Assembly: GCF_022539665.2 (NCBI RefSeq)
Contig: NC_081333.1
Span: 434,001-498,000 of the forward strand
DNA: 64,000 bases
Reading direction: 5' to 3'
Origin: Daphnia carinata
Taxonomy: Eukaryota
The notes below the pieces were generated by a model that did no database searches, was not told where the DNA came from, and saw only the letters and a list, made by a program, of their open reading frames with translations. The first letter of the stretch is position 1, and the number at the start of each line of letters is the position of its first letter. This document shows, one piece after another, positions 25,203 through 38,332 of the stretch. Position numbers and translations under genes: made by a program.

Positions 25203-25830
25203 ATATTGGCCTTTTTTTTTTACTGCTACCGCCATCTAACGGTCACGTTTCTAGTTAATTCTCTACATAAACTGACCGAAAAATATTTTAAGGCCGACTA
25301 TATAAGCCCGACTTTCTGTTTTTTACGGTTAATTCAAAAACTAAAAGCCTAATATAAAAATATACCACATTTTCGTGATCAGCGATCAATTTTGAATCGG
25401 AATAATGTAATTTTAATGAAATCTAAGATTTGACGAAAATTGAAAAAGCGAGAAGGCTATATAGCCTTCTTACTTTTTCACTTTTGGCCAAATTTTAAAT
25501 TTGGCTTAAAATACATGATTTCGATGCAGAATTGAATGGGAAACACGGAAATCTAGTTTATTTTTCAATGGGCCTTATAGTTTTTCAAATAAACGAAGAA
25601 AACTACCGTGGGAATTTTCCCACGGCTTTCTCACTCTTGTCGAAATCCGAAAAAAATTAGTTTCATGGAATTGGATGAACTCGCCAGAATAATCAGCGTT
25701 CAACGCTGATTCAGAAATATCGCATTAGTTTTTCCGTTAGTGGTGTAGTTTCTGAATAAAATGCAATCAAAGTTATTTTAGTTTGTTTACCGTCGCCAGC
25801 GCCATCTGTTAAGCGAAATATCATGAAACA
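25203..25830. mobile_element. Truncated copy of the TIR family seen at 58830-60392
   Basis: CGCCATCTA.CGGTCACGTTTCTAGTTAATTCTCTACATA...AAGCCCGAC matches 58893-58975. 25310-25550 matches the reverse complement of about 60005-60245. The right boundary is approximate. Confidence 0.8.
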
Positions 25831-25850
25831 GATTTCTTTGTTGGAAGGTT

Positions 25851-26610
25851 CTCATTAACTTCAACTATATACCTGCATATAGATCACCTCAAATAAAATG
25901 GAGCAGTTTGTTTTGTGAAAAGGAACTCGTTGACGGATTGTGGAATGAGAAATATTTGGACCATTACAACAATTCCTCAAAAACAGATCAAGCAATCATT
26001 GGATTGGTGGCAAACTGTAACAGAACGCGAATGGTCGGCGATATTAGACCAGCTTGGAAGATATGCCCCATCCCTGCTCGGCGAGATAATTCAAAGCACT
26101 GCTGATAACGGGCCTAAACTGACTCAAATTCTTCTGGAACGGTACGGAGTCATTAAAGAGCTATCATTACCATTGCACTGGGCAGCTTTGAATGAGGGTG
26201 ACCGAGCTGCTGAAATAGTGCAAGTTCTTTTGAAACACGGAGTAAATCCAAACGCTGTGAACACGGTGGGATTGTGTCCTATTCATTACGCAGCTGGCAA
26301 TGAATATCCTTCGTCCCCAATGATAACCAAGGTTCTTCTAGAACACGGAGCAAATCAATACGACGGATCGACCCTTGATGGTTTCATGCCAGTTCTTTTA
26401 GCTGCCTCTAATCAAGGAGATTATTCCAGTGAAATTCTGAAACACACGCTCGACCGCTGGAGCACTCCTAATGCGAATGAACTAGCAGAAGCTCTCAAAT
26501 TAGCAGTGCTCAACAGTGGCGACTCCGCTTCGGCATTAGTGGATTTGTTGCTGGAAAGAAAAGGCAACGGAATGATACACGATAATGATGAAATACAGCT
26601 ACAAAATTAG
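25851..26610 (+). pseudogene. Frameshifted, truncated duplicate of the ankyrin exon of the 10573-15584 gene
   Basis: Homologous to about 13481-14227, including the end of the preceding intron. A 5-nt deletion (AACTGTAAC[ATGAC]AGAACG) at about 26020 shifts the frame. Homology stops at about 26590, with TAG at 26608-26610. Confidence 0.88.
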
Positions 26611-26741
26611 TGCATTGGATATTATTTCTTTCAAGAATAAAAGATCTGTAAATTAACGTTAAAAATATAGCACAACAAACGTGGCAAGGCAATAAACTTC
26701 CCATTTCACCTTCACGTTCAAATTTCATACCCAGGATGACC

Positions 26742-29700
26742 CTACGAACTTTCTACAGTCCATTGAATTATTGATGAATCTCGGCCTCCAGCCGACAAAA
26801 CTCGTGTATCATCTGATAAGAAACAAACGCACGAAATGTTGCTGTGTCCTTGGTAGGAATGGCAAGGCGACTGTTAATTTAAAAAAAAGAAAGCAACGTT
26901 GTCAATGTCATAATAAAAGGTGGAGAAAAGATAAAAACTGGGTTATACTTTGGGTTGAGATGAAGGATACGTGAATAACTTAAGGCGACCTCCATCATCT
27001 CCTGAGACTAAAAGTTTCCTGGAATGAGATGCGCAACATGAATTGACGTCAGTTCCCTCATTTCCTTCGGATAAAACTCCGAAAGAGGTGGGGCCAATTG
27101 GACACGTAACTGAGCCCCACTCCATATCTCGCATACTGGACGGTTGCGTTATTTGACGGCAAACTCCTGTATTCCCTAGAAAATGATTGTCGATGAGATA
27201 AAATTAGTGATTAGGCCTGCAATAATAGTCATCATATGAAGCCTCATGTCTCGCTTTCTATTTTTACTTACAATATAGTAATTCACAATCTCCAGAATTT
27301 GTTTGAAGATGTAAATTATCGCAGGCCCAATCCATTTGGCTGACAAATCCCGTGTGGCCCTGTCACAGCAATTTTAAAATATTTATTATCCACTGGTGTA
27401 TGAAAGGCAGCAGGGAAAGAAACTACGAAGTATTAAATCATGGATTACCACGCATTTTCCCACTCTATAATATTTTCGATATTTATCCAAGACTTGGTAG
27501 ATGTAGATTGATGCATCTTTGGATCCTATGGCCAACATCTTGCCATTTGGCGAAAATTTCGCTACCTAAATGGACACAACATGCATTACGATTAACAAAA
27601 TTTAAAAAAGTAACATCAAATTAGTTACCTGAATTGGCTCAGTGCCATCCATATGCGTTGCATAGATATCTCGGGTCTGTGAATCCATGACAAACCATTT
27701 TCCAGAAGTGCTGGCAATAACAAGGACTTGGCCTTCAGGCGAAAAACAGGCTGACTGTATCGGGTCTCCGATATCTTTGCCCCAAATTATGGTACGACTC
27801 ATGGTGTCCCACAGCTGAAGTCGTCCATCGTAGCCATAAGACAAAAACTGTGACTGTGAGGGATGAACGCACAAGCCCGTTGATTCCTCCGTATGACCAA
27901 CCATTAACTGTAAATAGCAGCGGGTAATATTTTATTAATAAGGGCTCTCCTCATGTCAAACATTATTCGCGATTCTATCAGGTGATACCGTACAGGTGTA
28001 AATGGTATGTCAAAGCTGCCTCTCAATATGCAGTTCCGCGTCGTGCCGACTAAGATGTGCGATCCTTTTCCTTGAACGGCAACGCGCACATTTCCATACT
28101 TCTCCGGAATCTAAATTTTATTTCGTAAAAAGTAGGGAAAAATAAAACGAATAAGAAATCGCTGAAATTTCGAATATTCGGACGAAAGGTAATGAGAAGC
28201 CTAGACGGGAAGGGTAAGATAGGTCAAAAAAAAAGAAAAAAAGATTGCGGGTATTACTTCTGTAATGTATCCCGTCCTTCGATACGATGGCAAATCCCAG
28301 AGAACTAGTTGACCGTCTTTACCGCCTCCGGAGACAAGCCGCCCGTCTTTTAGGGTAAGCAAGCAGAAAACGGGTCCTTCGTGCGCGTTACGAATGGTTT
28401 TCTGAACCACATTTGATCCTAAATGAAGGAAAACGTTATCGTTTAGAAAGAATTATTAATAGATAGATAAGAATATTAATTGTCACACAATAAAGAGAAC
28501 ACAAAGGCATGAACGCATATGTAAAAATATTTTCCCTTTACTCTATTAAAGCAAGGGCGAAAAGGAAGCGAACTAAGTAGGAAATAATTTTGTTTTTGTA
28601 TGTGTGTTTATATTACCTTTTAACCAAATTATGAGAGATCCATTGGAATCGCCGGTAATGCACTAGAGTGAAAAAACAAGAAATTCGAAATAAAACAATG
28701 GATATTCTAAAAATAGATAATTTTAGTACGTACGTCTCCGTTATCAGCGAATGCCAGGCAGGTAATATATTTTGGCTTATCACGTGATTCGAAGACGCCT
28801 AGCTTGCGGCCTAATGTACCATTTTCGAGGGACCAGAAACACACGTGTCCTTTTCCACTAGTAACAAAGGCGAAACGTTCTCTCGGAACGGGATTCCATT
28901 CAACTGCCACTACCAAATCCGAAGAGCACTACACGCATGATGACGACGTAAGTTACAAAAAAAGAAGATATCAGCAATGAATGGGCATATGACAATGGCC
29001 GAAATTATTTCAACTAGTATGAACAATACCCTTGTTTCCGCAATCCTTTGCCCTCTTTCCCCCTTTTGCCACTCCCACAAGGATAACGTTTGGTCTGGCG
29101 ACTCATCTATAATCAGTAACATGCTGCCACCATCCTATAAAAGTAAAATCATTTAATACATGTATTAACTTTGAATACGAAATCGTAGAATATATACCGC
29201 TTTTGAAAATGCAACGCATGAAACAGCTTTGCTAAAGTCTCCTTGCCCAAGGACAAAAAGGGTTTGAAGGCTGACTGAATTCCATATCCGAACATGGGGC
29301 TAAAACAACCCGAACATGAAATGGTTCTAGGATAATGAATTTCCAAAAAAGGTAATTTGACGATGACGTGGAGACCTACCGTGCCTTCGTAAGGATCACG
29401 ACCAGCTGTTTGGCCGGACGCAATCAATAACTTGTTGGGATGAACAGCTAAGCTGAATCATAGGGAGAGAAAATATTGACAAAAAAGGGCCGAAGCGAAA
29501 GTTACAGATTTTCTTATGAGATTAAAAAAATATAGGTGAAGGTAATACCATTTCACGTCGCCAGTATGGCCAAGATAAAATCGCTGTCCTAGAAATTGAA
29601 CAGCAGTTAACACATAATGTAAACAAAAATTCACTGTAACATTGCTGTAAAATTCAGTACCGTGCTCTTCGGCGTCGAAAAGTACGACAATAGCCGCAAT

Positions 29701-31253
29701 GCAGTAGACCAGTTCGCCGGTTGGAATAAGATACAAATTTGATCGGCAGTCCTTTCCGCGATATCCATAACTTCAAAACGATCAGAGTCAAGGCGAATAA
29801 AATGTGCTTGTTTTCTTAAACTTCAAATAATAACACTCTTATCGGATCGCGTGATTACGGTATAACAAGAAAGATATTGTTATGTAAATAATGGTTTAAG
29901 TTTAAAGGCTAATTATTCAGTAGGAATTATGTTTTCGTTTAAAAAGGATACACCCATTCCATTTTTAGTTTTGCATCCGGGAGTGGCAAAGTCTTCGACG
30001 ACGAATATGTTTCCCGTTGTGCGCTGGGAATGTAAAGATTGATGTTGCGACCTACGTATAGCAATAAGCAAATAAGTTATCGCAAAAGTTGAAGTCTATA
30101 AAACGGATGGTGTGCAATAATTTCCTTTAAAGGGAAACTTGACGAAACCTTCGTCACTGCTGTAAACGGCACTGCGCGTCCTACAAACAATTGGAGATAG
30201 TGAGTTTTATTTTGATAAACCTTTGATAGGGAAAACATGTTGTCCAAAGTTTTAGTGCTTTAAGTTGTTAGTTAATCTACAAAATTTCGGGTTTCGCGTG
30301 AAATTGTAAAATTTGAAGCAACTTACCCATATCTCGTCATGTTTCCAACAGGATTTTTTGCGTTGAGGTTAAGCAACGAATTGGAATCTGATTTTCTATC
30401 ACAAGGAAAGGGTTCAGACTAGGTTAAAAGAAGCTTGACTACGACAACATAAATGAAGATTTTAAAAATCACCTTGACATGAGACCGTTAGTGGGTACAA
30501 AGTCACTGGTTGAACTCCACCGTTTAGCGGTTTGCAAACTATTCGGTGTTGACACAAACGATGTTCGCATAGAAGAATTAGGCGTTCTGGTTCTACCGTG
30601 CCCAATATCGGAAATCAAACTGTTGAACTGTACTGATGAACGGAAAACAAACGTAGGGTCTATGTCACGAATGAAGACGCAAAGTTTTTCAGCGGGAGAG
30701 TATACCATGTTGTGGCCGTGATGTCGGAGACGGTGACGGTGCAGGCGACGCACTGCTAGAGCTTGGGCATTCGGACACTAGTGACCCATTTGACCGAGAC
30801 ATATTCGAATTCCGGCTGTGTGCGATTGGCGCATTAGCAGAGGATGATTGACGTCGTGACACGTCTCGTGGTATTTGAGATGAGATAGGCGTGTTGCAGT
30901 CTGTCAATGAGCTCACGCTTTGAGCCAAACGACGATGAACTGGTTCTTTGGACGGGCTGGGACCTAGAACAGTTAAAAACGAGATTTTGAAGTGAAATGC
31001 ATCCTGTTTGCAATTAGACATAAATACAGGATGTTTACTAACCTCTCCGAGTTTCAATTGCACCAATTCGACGCAACGCGTCAGCCAAAGTGGAACGACT
31101 TGATAAATTAACAAGTTTTTAGACAAGGTGACACAATTTCATAGTAAAATGATTAATAACTTACAGGCACACCATTTCATCATTTTGGTCGTCTAGCCTC
31201 TTTTCTAAAGAATTTATACGATCACGGAGATCCTGATCGTTCTCCATCGCCAT
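26742..31253 (-). CDS. EML: Echinoderm microtubule-associated protein-like (EMAP/EML; coiled coil, HELP, WD40), multi-exon
   Basis: N-terminal LRDRINSLEKRLDDQNDEMVCLRSTLADALRRI. HELP motif KMEWVYGYRGKDCRSNLYLIPTGELVY. WD repeats such as AHEGPVF, VGTTRNCIL and EGTDVNSC...SGDDGGRLKLFTYP. Ends IIQWTVESS*. An upstream exon probably exists. Confidence 0.92.
29771..29951 (-). other. U12-type (minor spliceosome) GT-AG intron in the EML gene
   Basis: The 5' splice site reads GGT|GTATCCTTTT. A branch site CGCCTTGAC lies just upstream of the acceptor ttttgaag|TTATGGA. The intron splits EWV/YGY. Confidence 0.85.
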
Positions 31254-32450
31254 ACTAAGCAAAAGGAAAGAAAAACAAATAATAGAATAAAAACAATTCC
31301 AACTGAGATCAAGTTTACAATGAATTCATATTTTTTTTTTTAAGGAAAGGCGGGTCAGAAGTCTCAGAACAGCAGAAACGTGCACACCAATTTGATTTTT
31401 GTTACGTAAAACTCAACAGCATGCTAAAAAAAACGAATAAGAAACTCCAACTTTCTCCCTGCTTTCGAGTATGATTTTAATGGAGGAAATCTGTTGTTGC
31501 ATAAGTACCACCCTACGGTTGCAGGCATACACGTTGATGAATAAGAGGAAAAACTACTTTACAACCAAACAATGTTTAGACGAACACTTCAAGCTTTTTT
31601 CCCGCTCAAAAGAATTCGGAATTTACAAGTTTGTTCCTGATAGATCAGATCGGAAAAAATGTCTGTTGGGACTTCCCAACAGCCCTGGTTCGCCCCAATG
31701 ACTTTGAATTCCATTGGGAAAGAGCCAGCAACCTTCCCACGCTCGCCCTGCCAGCTTCCCAAAGTAAACCAGAGGAGTTTTACGCAGGTTTTCTTCGACG
31801 CTTCAATGAACAGCCTCCCCCCAAAAAATTCGCAGTGAATTCTAACTTTATATTAATAGTAACAATCGAGATTCAAAATCCTTTGAGCGTGTTGTATACT
31901 GTCAGTACCTCCCTTTTACTTTTCACTTCCTAAACTAAACTGAAATATCCTCATTGCTCTGTTGGCACACCTGTTGCTCCCTTTTATTTAGGTCAACGGT
32001 TCGTTGACAATCGCTTGGTGAAGCCAAACGACTAATCGAATGCAACATGTTAGCAATTCAAGCCACAACCTAATGCAAATTTACTATCCATACTTCTAAT
32101 CATGGTGCAACACTTAGTCTTATAGAAAATCTAGTTTCAAAGCAAAATCACATTTTTAAGAGTTAACTTTATACTTTTAAGACATTGTTTGCCTAATAAC
32201 AATTGGTAGGCATTCCATGTTTAATTCTCAATAAAATGCGTCTTAAAAAATTAATTAAATCTACAACAGGTATCTGCAAACAGGTGAATACAAGAATGTA
32301 CTAAAAATGAAAAGAATATATGATGATTCAAGTGTTAGTTATTAGTCTGCTAGAATCATACAGGTTCGTATTCTTTACAGCATCGTCAACAACACAATTT
32401 TCCAAAAAAATCGTTCTATAGGATAGAAAACCTGTCTTGCTTTACAATAT

Positions 32451-32481
32451 AGAGAGAGAGGGAGAGAGAAAGAGAGAGAGA
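32451..32481. repeat. (GA)n microsatellite
   Basis: agagagagagggagagagaaagagagagaga. Confidence 0.8.
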
Positions 32482-34229
32482 AAAGGTGTGCAGTTTAGAT
32501 ATAGCTTTATATGGTAAAGTAGTTAAATGATTGTCAACGAACATAGTGGTGTACTCGCTGTCGCTAACAATCACCGTGAATTGGCTCACCTTAAAAATCA
32601 AGCTGTCTGCTCAGTAATCCGTATTCACTGTTTCCAAAAAAGAGGCACAAATATTTCTGAAAAGGGAGACTATGTAGAGCATAACTGCTTCTCAAGACTA
32701 ATGTACACTCTCTCTTGGATTCCGTCACTCCTCACAGCTCACTGCCGCAGCTACGGCGCACAGACATTGCCCACACTTTGAAGCTTACTAGATATAGATA
32801 GCCCGACGGATCCCTATCGCATTTGCCGGTACCGGCAACACCGGATTCAAAGAACTTTTTATTTTCCGATAGTTACACTAGTGGCTCCAATGGCGGCTCT
32901 TGCGCGAAACTATTGCCTTCTGGAAACAAGGAACAGGACGATCTTTTTCGTTAAAAAACGATAAGTGAACGGAAAATTTTAAATTCATGCATACACATGT
33001 ACCAAAAGGCATTACAAATTTCAATTATTCTACTCTTGCTCTGCACGTTAAGATATATTTGATACCTCGAACTTTAAACTATCAGTCCGTTTCCGCTCAT
33101 TTCTACAGGTGATAAGGTTTTCATCCAATTTTTGTACAAACTGAAGGCGCACTTACTCGTTTTTCAATAAAAATCCCCGCAAGCAGATCAAGGGATTTGA
33201 AACTATAACGACTGCTAGCGTATCTGTTATAGTTAAACAATGGAATATTGATCGTCTAGACATTGGGATAATAACTTGAAAAAAATACCGAAAAATACGT
33301 AAATGTATCTAAAGTAGTTTTGGACTAAGTACACGTACAAAACTTCGGTTGTTGACAATCAGGAGTGAAAGCTAATGTTCAATAAGATAACCATTGATAT
33401 AACTACCGATACAACTAAAACCGAGAAGAGGGAAAATTTCAATCTGGCAAAGCTGAAAACCAAACTGATTGTGTAACGTCGTGCGGACCGTGCGGCCTAC
33501 CAAACAAGATTGTTCGATTCATTCCCTTTTACATGTTCATGCGTAATAGCCACAGAAATTACGCACTTTGCCTACCTCGTACTCCACACTTTACATACCT
33601 CCACGTTGTAGTGCTTTTCCTGTTCTCCCCTGATCGATCAGGTCCGCTGTACTGTGATCAGAGCCATGGTTGATCATGAACCAGTTTAGAAAAACCAATA
33701 TGATTTTGTCACGCCCACCACCATGTGTGGTGGATAGTACTATGATTTATCGCTACTTTATCCTTTCGTTTCATAGGATCATTTTTTGGAAGTTAATAGA
33801 GGAAAAAAGAAAATGAAATAAGCCTTGAATCGTGCGACTACTAAAGTGCTCACAACATGGTTTTATAATCCCAAATAAAAATCAACTGAATAAAAAAAGT
33901 ATAGTCGGTGGTTGATCTAGCTTAGACTGTGTCCCAGCGGTGGTCGTAGAATAAGAGAAACAACGCAGAACCAACAGAAAATCTCAATCAAAGAATTCCC
34001 ATTACAACTACGAGGAAGTATGGACTGAATGATTAGAAGCGAACCGCAGGGAATTCCCACGTTTACCTACTTTACCCTGCAGCAACTCATTCCACATTTT
34101 ACTCAAACACTCCCTTCGGAAAATTCAAACATTATTTCTAAGCATGGTTCGAAGCCCGTTTTAGTCGGCTTGTTTACAAACTGAGATTGAAAAGTTGTCT
34201 CAGATTCAAATTACCTACATTAAATCACC

Positions 34230-36916
34230 ATGTTTATGAATGGAATCGCAAAGTATTTTGGAAGACGGGTATTTTCCCATACCAATTACCATAGGATTAT
34301 AAGACAGAAAAAAACGATGCCAACACTTTCACAATTAATAGTCCCGCAGCCTGTAAAATCTGGACCAGACGATTTAAATGTTGGAGCCGAATTAACTGGA
34401 AAACTAGATAAAGAAGAAGTGATGAAATGGTTGTCAAAATTTTATCAACGAAGAGAAATTAAAGCTGCTGCAATAGAGAATGGAATTGATAGTGTGTGAA
34501 CAGGATTTTTCATTATTCTTTTTCCTTGATCAAAACTAACCTAAAAACTATTTTCAGATTATATTTACCATCAAACATATCTCAGCTTTAGGAAGTTCTG
34601 TCTTGAAATAGACAAGTTACCAGTTGATTTACATGTCACATTCAGTGATATTATAGCAGGAGCTTGTCATCTAGACAGCTTGCTGCCATACTTTATTCGG
34701 CATGCAAAACAAGTGTTTCCTCATCTTGAATGCCTTGATGACTTGAAGAAAATCTCTGACCTTAGGCTTCCGGCAAACTGGTAACTATGAAATTATTTTG
34801 TCAAAAAATTAATCGTGACAAGAATGTTTGTTCTATCAGGTACCCAGAAGCAAGGGCATTGACAAGAAAAATTGTATTTCATTCTGGCCCAACCAACAGT
34901 GGGAAAACTTATCATGCACTCGAACGTTTTTTTAGCTCAAAATCAGGGGTTTATTGTGGACCTTTGAAATTGCTAGCATCTGAAGTTTTTTATAAAAGCA
35001 ATCATCGTGGTGTTCCCTGTGATTTAGTTACTGGAGAAGAAAGAAACTTTGCCAACATTAGTAAAACTCCTTCTTCCCATGTGTCATGCACTGTAGAAAT
35101 GGTCTCAGTGAACACTCCATATGAGGTATGTTTTCAAGTGCTTTGCATAACTATATTTGGGTGTTGAACTTAACTATTGTTTTGGTTCCTAAGGTAGCTG
35201 TCATTGATGAAATTCAAATGCTGAAAGACCCTAGTCGAGGTTGGGCATGGACTAGAGCGTTATTAGGCATTGTTGCAGAGGAGGTACATGTTTGCGGTGA
35301 AGCTGCGGCGATTGATGTTGTAAAAGAGATTATCTTGAGTGCCAGTGAAGAAGTTGAACTGCGTCGGTACAAACGTCTTACTGAACTAATAATAGAAGAG
35401 TCTTCACTTGGAACTCTTGAGAAAATCAGACCCGGTGACTGTCTGGTATGTTTCAACAAACAAGATATATTCTGGGCTACACGACAAATCGAAGCTATGG
35501 GAAAAGAATGTGCTGTCATATATGGGAGTTTACCCCCTGGAACGAAATTGGCACAAGCCAAGAAATTTAATGATCCTGATCATTCTTGTAAAGTCTTGGT
35601 GGCGACCGATGCAATCGGAATGGGACTAAATTTAAATATTGGCCGCGTCATATTCAATTCCCTGATCAAACCTACAGTTAATGAAAAAGGAGAGAAGGAA
35701 ATGGATACAATCACCACCTCCCAAGCTTTACAAATTGCGGGAAGAGCTGGTCGTTATGGGACTCAGTTTTCCACTGGTTATGTTACAACAATGAAGAATG
35801 AAGACTTACCCACTCTCAAGCGACTGTTATCTCAGCACCCAGAGCCTATCACCCAAGTTGGGTTGCATCCAACAGCTGAGCAAATTGAGCTCTATGCCTA
35901 TCATTTGCCGCATGCGAACTTATCCAATTTGATAGATATATTTGTGAATCTGTCAACGGTTGACGATTCCCTTTATTTCATTTGCAATATTGATGATTTC
36001 AAATTCTTAGCTGACATGATTCAACATGTGCCTCTTCCTCTACGAGCGCGTTATGTGTTTTGCTGTGCACCAATCAATCGAAAAATACCATTCGTTTGCT
36101 CCATGTTTTTGAAGTTTGCACGTCAGTATAGCAGAAACGAAGTTCTTTCATTTGGTAAGATAATCTTATACTTGAAACATTATCATAGTTGTATATAACA
36201 CTTCAACGTTTATCAGATTGGTTGGGTCGACAGATCGGCTTACCGTTTGCTTGTCCGAACACACTGTTAGATTTAGTTCACCTCGAATCGGTCTTCGATG
36301 TACTTGATCTTTATCTCTGGTTGAGTTATCGTTTCCAGGTTAGTTTATCGTTTCTAGTTTAAAAATGCAAAATCCTCTTTTTAAAATTTCTTTTTGTTGT
36401 TAAATAGGACTTGTTTCCGGACGCCAGTTTCGTTCGTGATATGCAAAAGGAACTTGACTGTTTAATTCAAGCAGGTGTGGCTCAACTTACACGGCTCTTG
36501 ATCAATTCTGAAACTAAAGTCAGCAGTGGTACTAGCCAAGCAGTCGAGGCAGAAGAAAACCGATCTGCCCTTTTTGCAAAGAAACCCTCATATTCACGTA
36601 AAAAATGATGATCCCATTATCTTTTATTATACAACCATGTTGTAATTTTTTACTGAAACTTGTAGATGACCGCAATGCAATGGCCAGAGGTAACCCGCTG
36701 TCATCACATGGACGAATAGCCGATCGTTTGCTTTCCGAAGGTCTTTTAACACCTAAAATGTTGGAGGAATTGAAGAAAGAATGGCAGTTCCAGAAAGATT
36801 GTGAAAAAGAATCATTTGAGGCATCGGATCGTTTTGTACATAAGTCGAATCCTGTTAAGCACAGCAGGAACGACACGTTGAGTACTAGACGGTTAAGTAG
36901 AAAGCGTCGAACGTAG
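34230..36916 (+). CDS. SUPV3L1: ATP-dependent RNA helicase SUV3, mitochondrial (multi-exon)
   Basis: [69 protein letters not shown] and QIAGRAGR. Confidence 0.96.
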
Positions 36917-37270
36917 TGATGTTTGTCTGGTCATTTTAGGAATAAATGGTCAAATTGTGATGCGTTTTATTAATGTCAGTGAATATTACCCAAGTTTTAA
37001 AAAGTTTTCATCGTTGACGCAACAATGATTGTTGCTCGTGATCGGACAGTCAAATGTTAACAGAACGGAAAACCTCGACACCATTATTAACCGGAATAAT
37101 TTCCGTAGCATTTTAACACCACATGACGTTTCCAAGTAATACAGTAAATCAGACGTTTCAGTCTAAAACAAAACGTAAAGGAAACCAACTGTATTGTTAT
37201 CCGACATATTGACGTGCATCCATGTAAACAGAAAATCATATGGCAGATTCAACAATTGAACAGTTCAGTT

Positions 37271-38332
37271 TCACTTCTTGCCCTCTTCCTCTTTCTGGAA
37301 AGCCTGGATCAGCTCTTGCTTCTTAGCAGTGACGCGGTCTTCTCGTCGTTTACGAGCTTCCTTCACCTTCGTTCGTCGAGCTTCAGCTTGATCGCTTAAC
37401 ATCTTACTGCGAGCTTTCTCGGCCTTCTTCTTATGGATGAATTCCATCAATACACGTTTGTTCTTGAAAACGTTACCTAATAGCAAGATAACACATAAAA
37501 CTAGCTCCAATTTTTGTTCAAAGCAAACACTCACCCTTTGACTTCATGTACAAGTTATGGTACAAATGCCGATCGATTTTCTTGGCTTCCCTGTATCGTT
37601 TAAGGAGACGACGCAACACTCGCATACGACGAATCCAGAGGAGCTTTTGGGGCATACGCGCGTTCGCAGTACCTTTCCTCTTACCAAAGCCACAATGTCT
37701 TCCTTTGCGGCGTGCTTCGGTGTTCTTACGGACACGTGCTCTCGAATGGACAGCAACTGGTTTCTTGATGATCAAACCATCCTTGATCAATTTACGAATG
37801 TTTTGTCCTAAAGATAATCAGTTCATATAATGAAACAATATAATGAAACAAATTAGGCAATTGGTTACTCCACTTACTTGAATTAGCATTTGCTATTTCA
37901 TTAACTTCGTTGGGGTCAAGCCAAACTTTTCGTTTGCCACATTTCATAACCGAGGCAGAGAGCCTCTTCTGGAGACGTAGGTTGCTGCAACATGAAAGAG
38001 AACATGATTAGAACTTTTATCACAACACAACATGATAGACAATGCAAGGAAAGATTCAATAATGCAGTTTGAAAGCTTTTGCAGAATGGATGTCATGGCA
38101 TCAACCAACGATTAACTACCACTTCCATCAAGAAAACAAAAATGGTACGAGTCCCCTTTTTGACGTACAAAGACTATACGTTAGCTCGTCGATCAATGCC
38201 GTTAAGCTCAAAATCCAGTAAAAAAACAAACAAAAATGTTTTCCACAAACACAGTGAGTAAGCATGGTACAAAAATACGATCAAGGGATAGAGAAAAAAC
38301 TCATGTAATAGCTGTAAACTGCTTTACCTCAT
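37271..38332 (-). CDS. RPL19: 60S ribosomal protein L19 (eL19), 4 coding exons
   Basis: ATGAG|gt, then [55 protein letters not shown] and [16 protein letters not shown] pyrimidine-rich TOP/TCT-like start lies at about 38363-38385. Confidence 0.97.
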
